A program made the translations under genes and the position numbers. A DNA stretch of 36,807 nucleotides from Salpingoeca rosetta (lineage: Eukaryota > Protista > Choanoflagellata): positions 396,581 to 433,387 of the forward strand of contig JAWQFM010000030.1 in the NCBI GenBank assembly GCA_033442325.1, in the 5' to 3' direction. The notes beneath the pieces are model-generated. The model ran no database searches. It was given only the letters and a program-made list of their open reading frames with translations, and had not been told where the DNA came from. Below are positions 24,930 to 36,807 of this stretch, piece by piece (positions within the stretch are counted from its first letter, which is position 1; each line of letters opens with the position of its first letter).

Positions 24930-27313
24930 TGTGTATGAACGTGTGTGTGTATGGTTCAATCACATTGTCACTGCAAGTCGCCCTGTGTGCGTTTCTTCGA
25001 CCGCAAATGACACCCGCGCCCTCACCAACACCAACCACTGCTCACTGTCTTCATCTTCAACTCCCCCATCCCCCCCCCCGGCAAATCCATTTACAAACAG
25101 GGCGCCTCTGGTGCCGGCAAGACGACGCTGCTGAATCTGCTGGCCGGCCGCCTTTCCCAGTCGGGAAATGGGCGGACCTCCGGGCAAATCCTCGTCAACG
25201 GTCACAAGCGAAACTACTCCGTCTTCTGCAAGCGGAGTGCATGTCAGTCGCGTGCACGTGTGTGTGATTTGTGGTGGTGAAATGATTTAGGTGTGTGTTG
25301 TGTGCACGTGTGGTTGTGCTCTATGTATTGTGTGCTTTGGTGAGTGTGCATGTGAGTGTACATGTGCGTGCGCGTGTGTGATGGCAATTCTATGTCACTA
25401 TCTTCAATCACCACGGCCACAGCATCTCACCACAACATCTCCCACAACACCTCCCACAACGACTCACCACAACCATCACCACAACCATCACCACCATGAT
25501 CAGACGTGCTGCAGCAGGATGTGTTCTATGCCGAGCTGACGGTGCGTGAGACCATCACCCTCTCCGCCCTCCTCCGCCTGCCCCAGTCCATGTCTCGGCA
25601 GGACAAGCTGGCGCGTGTGGATGAGGTCATTGCCGAGCTCGGCCTGAACAAGAGTGCGGACACCATCGTGGGCAACGACCTCGTGCGCGGCATCAGCGGC
25701 GGTGAGAAGAAGCGGTGCAACATCGGCACGGAGCTTGTTGTTGACCCGTCTCTCGTCTTCCTGGACGAGCCGACCACAGGCCTGGATGCGTTCAACGCAC
25801 AGAACGTGATGACAACGCTGCTGTCGCTGTCCAAGGCCGGCCGCACCGTGGTGTGCACCATCCACCAGCCGCGCTCGGAGATTTATGGGCTGCTCGACGA
25901 GCTCATGCTGCTCTCGGAGGGGTACATGATGTACTTTGGCACCGCCAAGGACGCGCCGTCCTACTTTGCCAACCTCGGGTACGCGTGCCCGGAGGCATAC
26001 AACCCCAGCGACTACTTTCTCGACCTCATCTCGCTCGACTCACGAACCAAGGAGCGGGAGGAGTGCACGAAGAAGCGCATCCAGTACCTTGCGGAGGCGT
26101 ACGCAGACTACCGGCAGGAGCATCCGCTGGAAACAAAACGCGCACAGGACTTTATGTCCAGTCGCAGCGTTGCGCAGATGCAGGAGGGGCCTGTGGACGA
26201 GAGCGCCTATGCGACGACGTGGTGGACGCAGTTTGGACTCCTGCTTGGTCGCGCCATGAAGATTCTCGTGCGCGAAAAGGGTGAGACGATGATGGGAGGT
26301 GGTGCAGGTGGTGTGTGAGTGTGAGTGTGGGGGTGTGTGTGAGTGTGAGTGTGAGTGTGAGTGTGAGTGTGAGTGTGTGCGTGTGTGTGTTTGTGTGTTT
26401 GTGTGTGTGTGTGTGTGAGAGTGTGAGAGTGTGAGAGTGCGAGTGTGTGTGTGTGAGTGCGAGTGTGTGAGTGTGTGTGTGTGTGAGTGCGAGTGTGTGT
26501 GTGTGTGTGTGTGAGTGCGAGTGTGCACAGGTGTGTTGTGACACGTCTTCAGTGGACTCCACTTGTGCACTGCGTCTTCTCACGCTCCGCCGTCATACCC
26601 ATCACCATTGCCATCATGACATGACCACTGCATGTGTCGTCATGTGCTCCCCAAAGCGACCAATGTTGCGCGCGTGATGCAAACGCTCGTCTTCAGCATT
26701 CTCCTCGGCCTCATCTGGCTCAACGGTGCGTCATCGTGTGCATGCGTGCTCACATGTGTCTTCTGCGTGTCTTCTGCGTGTCTGTCTGTGTGCGTGTGTG
26801 TGTGTTCTGCGTGTACATTTGCGAATGTGTGTTTTATGTTTGCGAATGTGTGTTTTATGTGTGTGTGTGTGTGTGTGTGAGTGCGTGTTTGAGCATTGAT
26901 GTTCAACGCGCGCGCTCTCACTTACCTCTCGATAACGAATGCTGCGTTCGTGTGTTCAGAGGGCGGCAACGACTCCGGATCGTCTGTCCAGGTTTGTACA
27001 CGTGTGTGTTTGTACATGTGTATGTGCGTGTGCGCGTGCGTGTCAACTTGTTTGCGTGCATGTGCGCACGCTTTGCTCGTACGCGTGTGTGCTCTTGAAC
27101 CGCGGCCGCCCTTCGCTGCTGCCACACTGTCGTGCGCGTGTTCATTTTGTGTGTTTTTATCTGCGTGTGCGCTGACTTGTTCTGCCCGTTTGTCTTGTTC
27201 GCTCACATTCACCACCACCGCCACCCTCCTCCGCATCCTTTGCGTGCCTGCAGGCAGTTGCTGGTGCCATCTTCTTCATTCTCATCAACCAGTCCTTCTC
27301 GGGCGTGTTCCAG
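24321..27313 (+). CDS. ABCG/White-family half ABC transporter, 3'-truncated (NBD plus only the first TM helices)
   Basis: Exons 24321-24818, 25101-25242, 25504-26280, 26657-26725, 26960-26991 and 27254-27313. Walker A GASGAGKT, Q-loop YVLQQD, signature ISGGEKKR, Walker B FLDEPTTGLD, H-loop TIHQPR, NPSDYFLDLI, then TMD start (LVFSILLGLIWLN, GAIFFILINQSF). No remaining TMD exons were found. Confidence 0.9.
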
Positions 27314-27560
27314 GCGAGTGATGACGATAGCAATGGTGATGATGGTTATTGATGATGATGATGATGATGATGATGTCTGTGCGTGTGCGTTGTTGTGTAT
27401 GTGTATGTGTATGTGTGTTTGTGCACTGCTGTCAATGCTCGCAAGTATGTGTGCGGATGATGCTGACTGCGCATTCACAGCGGATTATCGACCTCACCTC
27501 TGCATGCACGCACACACACGCACACGCACGCACACGCACGCACACGCACCCACCCACACG

Positions 27561-27651
<91 letters not shown>

Positions 27652-27652
<1 letters not shown>

Positions 27653-27876
27653 CAACTGTTGCAGATGATGTTGTGTCGACACATGGGGCACGGCAGCACA
27701 CGCTGCTGACGGCTGCTGCGCATGAACTGCATGAAACAGTCCGCTGCACACATGAGCAAAACAACACAGCAGTGAGAAAGCTCACTCATACATCTCCACG
27801 CACATGCATGAGGTAGCGCGACGTAACATGATTCGCACAAAGGGGGAGGGGGTGGGGTGCACATACACGCAGGGTG

Positions 27877-27945
<69 letters not shown>

Positions 27946-28294
27946 ACACACACACACGTACAGAACAAACACAGACACACGTACAGCACATCGACACACA
28001 TTCTCACACCATTTGACGCCACTCACAGCAGAAGACATGGCCGCAGTTGGTCATGCAGGGCGAGTTTGGCGGCTGCACCAGGCAGATGGGGCAAATCTCC
28101 GATTCAAAGTGCATCTCCGCTGGCGCCTGATGTCGCCGTGGTGGTTGCGGTCGCCCTTGCTGTTGCGCACGCCTCGCATCTTCGCGCCGACGCCGCTCCT
28201 GTTCCCGAAGCCGCGATCGGCCCTCAAAAAACTGCTTCACCCCTCTGTACGCCGCCCACAACATCCCCAGCAACCCAACAAGTAAGAACAACAT
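27652..28294 (-). CDS. N-terminal TM + C3HC4 RING E3 ligase (RNF170-like), apparently C-terminally truncated
   Basis: Exons 28294-28027 and 27743-27652 give MLFLLVGLLGMLWAAY (TM)...CPICLVQPPNSPCMTNCGHVFC|SDCFMQF...LPCPMCRHNIICNS*. The TNCGHxFC motif and TM-RING layout resemble RNF170. The start codon is uncertain because there is an upstream acceptor near 28317. Confidence 0.78.
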
Positions 28295-29496
28295 CCTGTG
28301 TGCCCTTGTGATGTCCTGAAAGAGATGAGACAGGAAGGAGACAGCAAGCGGGGAGAGAGAGGGGGGGGGGGACGACAACAGAGACGTTGTGTGCGTGTGG
28401 GGCTTCGTCTGTGGCTGTTGTTGTGTCAGCAACTTCCTTCCTTCCTTCAGTCGTTGTGCCGATTTGTCTTGGAAGTCTTTCACAACTCTTCCGTAACCGC
28501 ACCAAAACAGACGATGATGCACAACAACCAGCAGCACCACACAGCACTGCACAAGGTCTGCACAAGGTCCAGTTCCGCACTGCCTACATTTTGTTTGTTT
28601 GTGCAGTTTGGTCGTGCTTGTGAGTTGTCGTTTGGCCCCGCTACACACTCTACTGTTAGCGAACTCACACTTGCCTCTGTCGTGTTCCTGCTGCTGATGC
28701 TGACAGGCAAGCAGGCAGGAAGAACGGGGCCGGCATACACGAACTCAAGGAACCTGTTGACAGCATCGGAACTGGGCGTGGGCAGCGCGAAACCGGTTCG
28801 ATTGCTCGTGATGCATGACGTGCTTGTGTAAAATCTGCGAGAGTTTGGTGTTGTGGGCACGTTATCGTCTCTGTATCGCTCGTGTTGAGACAGCGGCAGC
28901 GGGCTTGTGTTTGTGTGGTTTGTGTTCACGGGTTGACGGTGGAGGCAAGCTGCTAAGGGCAGACCACAACACACAGTCACACACACACACACACAGTCTC
29001 TCTCACACACACACAGAGTCACACACACACACATACACACACACACGCACACACACACACACGCACACACACACACGCACACACACACGCACACACACAC
29101 ACACGCACACACACACACACACACGCACACACACACACACGGTCACACACACAACTACCAGTGCTGTCTCTCGCTTCAGATACTGTCATCACTGACGACT
29201 GTTCAACGTTGAAGCTTAGCCTGCGCTCTGCCGCCATGAGTTGAAGGTGACATCTGCACTCCTCTGCAGCTCCCTGCTGCCAACGTTGCTGGTGAGTTTG
29301 ACCACTTTCTGACATGTCCCCATCTCCTTCTCGTGCCTGGCGTTTGTTGTCCCCCAAACAACGCATATACACACACACGCACACAGAACACAGCACATGT
29401 ACACACGTGTGCACGCGCACCCAACCCATCACCCTCATGTTCCCGCCGTCTTCTTTGCTTCTTTCCAACGCACACTGTGCCACGTGTCCGCCTCAG

Positions 29497-29534
<38 letters not shown>

Positions 29535-29738
29535 TCACTCTCTCTCTACCACTCTGCATCAGCACTTTTGTTTGCCACCGTCAGCAATTTTCGCGAGCGC
29601 CTCACATGCATTCACAGCCCTGTTGCTGGGCATGCAACAACCACCACCACCACATCTCATTGTTTCCCTCCTCTTGCTGTCTGTCTGTCTCCCCCTCTCT
29701 CAACCTCACACACACGCACACAATCTCTCTCTCTCTCG

Positions 29739-29788
<50 letters not shown>

Positions 29789-29918
29789 TACATTGCTAGA
29801 GCTTGCGGGCATTCTTAAGGAGGGTCGGCAAGGCATGCCGCTAAAGACTTAGGATATCCTCTCGGTGTTCGAGCTTTAAACTGCACGATGCGACAGTACG
29901 TACCTCTCTCTCTCGCCA

Positions 29919-29961
<43 letters not shown>

Positions 29962-31148
29962 AGCACAAGCACAAACACATCAGCACAATTGCACACCTCA
30001 CCCCACGCAACACCATCTGGCTATCCACCGTCTTGGGTGCTTCTGCACACATGCGCATTAGCATTGTTTTGTGCGGCCATTGCCTTCGTGATTGTTCCCA
30101 CCACCGCCCAATCATGCGCTGAAACGTATCACCAACACCCGCACACTTGCTTGCGCGCACACGGCATTTGCTTTCAGGCAACTTCGCTGCCGTTTGAAGC
30201 AGCCGTGTGTTGAGCAGAGCCGTCCCCAATCTTAACCTGACAATCACCCGATCTTTTTTCGGTTGCACCAACCGACACTTCCGTTGGAGTCGTTGCTGCG
30301 CACGCCGCCATGCGCTCTGACGCGCGTGCTGCAAAAGGTCAGTTGACAGCTTGCATCAGTTGCCGTATTGTCGTCGTCATCGCGGGCTCGGGGCTTTTTG
30401 TTTACATTTGCACTTGACGTTGCTTCGTGCGTGCGTTCGCGCCCCCATTGTTTTGCCGACCGTTACTTCTGTGCGGCAGCACATGCCCCCGTGATTGGGT
30501 TGCCACGTTGTCAAAACTCCCGCCAAATTGGCGCACTGGCACACACACATGGCGATCAGTGAGCTGTCTCTGTCCGCCCTCTCGCTCACTGCTCACTGCT
30601 CGCTGCTCACTGTGCGTGTGTCTGTCTCTCCAGCTCAATTCTCTCTCACGCACACACGCTTGCTCCGTGCTCACTCACACACCCGCAACAATTTTCTGTC
30701 GGTGCATGCGTCTGTCTGCGTTCGCAGCGTCATTTTCCACCGACCCCCAGTCTCTCAAAGACCAAGCAAGAAACAAGAAGCAAGAAGCAAGAAGCAAGAA
30801 GCAAGACAGCTGTGCCCCTGCACTCCAGATTGCGTCTTCTGCTCCGTATCCCCCAATACGGAACACATTCACACACACACACACATACACACATACACAC
30901 GCACGGACAACGCCTGTCGTCCGCCTGTCTCGCGCCAGTGGACGTCTCCACACACGGCTGCCATCCGGACCACAACAGCTGCGTCCCCGCCGCGAGATCT
31001 GCACCTTCACATCCATCCCTCCATATACATCCCTTCACATCCTCGCCATCTTCGTCTTCGTCGTCGTCTTCGTCTTCATCTTCGTCGCCAGCTCTCTGGA
31101 CGGGCGCATCGCTCGACGGCCCCCTCGACTCCGCTGCCCGCAACCGCC

Positions 31149-36807
<5,659 letters not shown>

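Noticed and set aside
28480-30334. Possible additional minus-strand multi-exon gene, or upstream exons of the RING gene
   Set aside because: Some exon-like, repeat-flanked segments exist (~28700-28840, 29160-29337, 30000-30310), but I could not build a consistent frame or recognise any homology.

Overview
Eukaryotic, intron-rich, microsatellite-saturated DNA. The style ((CA)n/(GT)n-filled short introns, poly-N/D/Q coding tracts, animal-like SNX17 and MCU) suggests a choanoflagellate such as Salpingoeca rosetta; this is inference, not a database match. Manual splicing gives nine gene models: (1) the 3' part of a poxvirus VP39-type cap 2'-O-methyltransferase, apparently fused to a C-terminal G-patch domain (+); (2) a divergent eIF3h-like MPN protein carrying an unrecognised ~333-aa N-terminal domain (+); (3) a single-exon ARM-like helical-repeat protein (-); (4) a 17-exon SNX17/31-like PX-FERM protein ending in a Retriever-type GDNDL tail (-); (5) a Cys-type MsrB (-), head-to-head with (6) the mitochondrial calcium uniporter MCU (+); (7) a White/ABCG half-transporter (+) and (8) an RNF170-like TM-RING E3 (-), which collide tail-to-tail and both look 3'-truncated; (9) a very long low-complexity protein with a 36-bp coding minisatellite (QQYQAPTTPAVA x23+) that runs off the window. 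There are two N-gaps (223-390, 33122-33374). The most notable signals are the VP39-MTase + G-patch architecture (convergent with animal CMTR1), the eIF3h-like fusion, and a polarity of intronic microsatellites (UG tracts after donors, complementary CA tracts before acceptors). Most entries in the ORF track are microsatellite artefacts.
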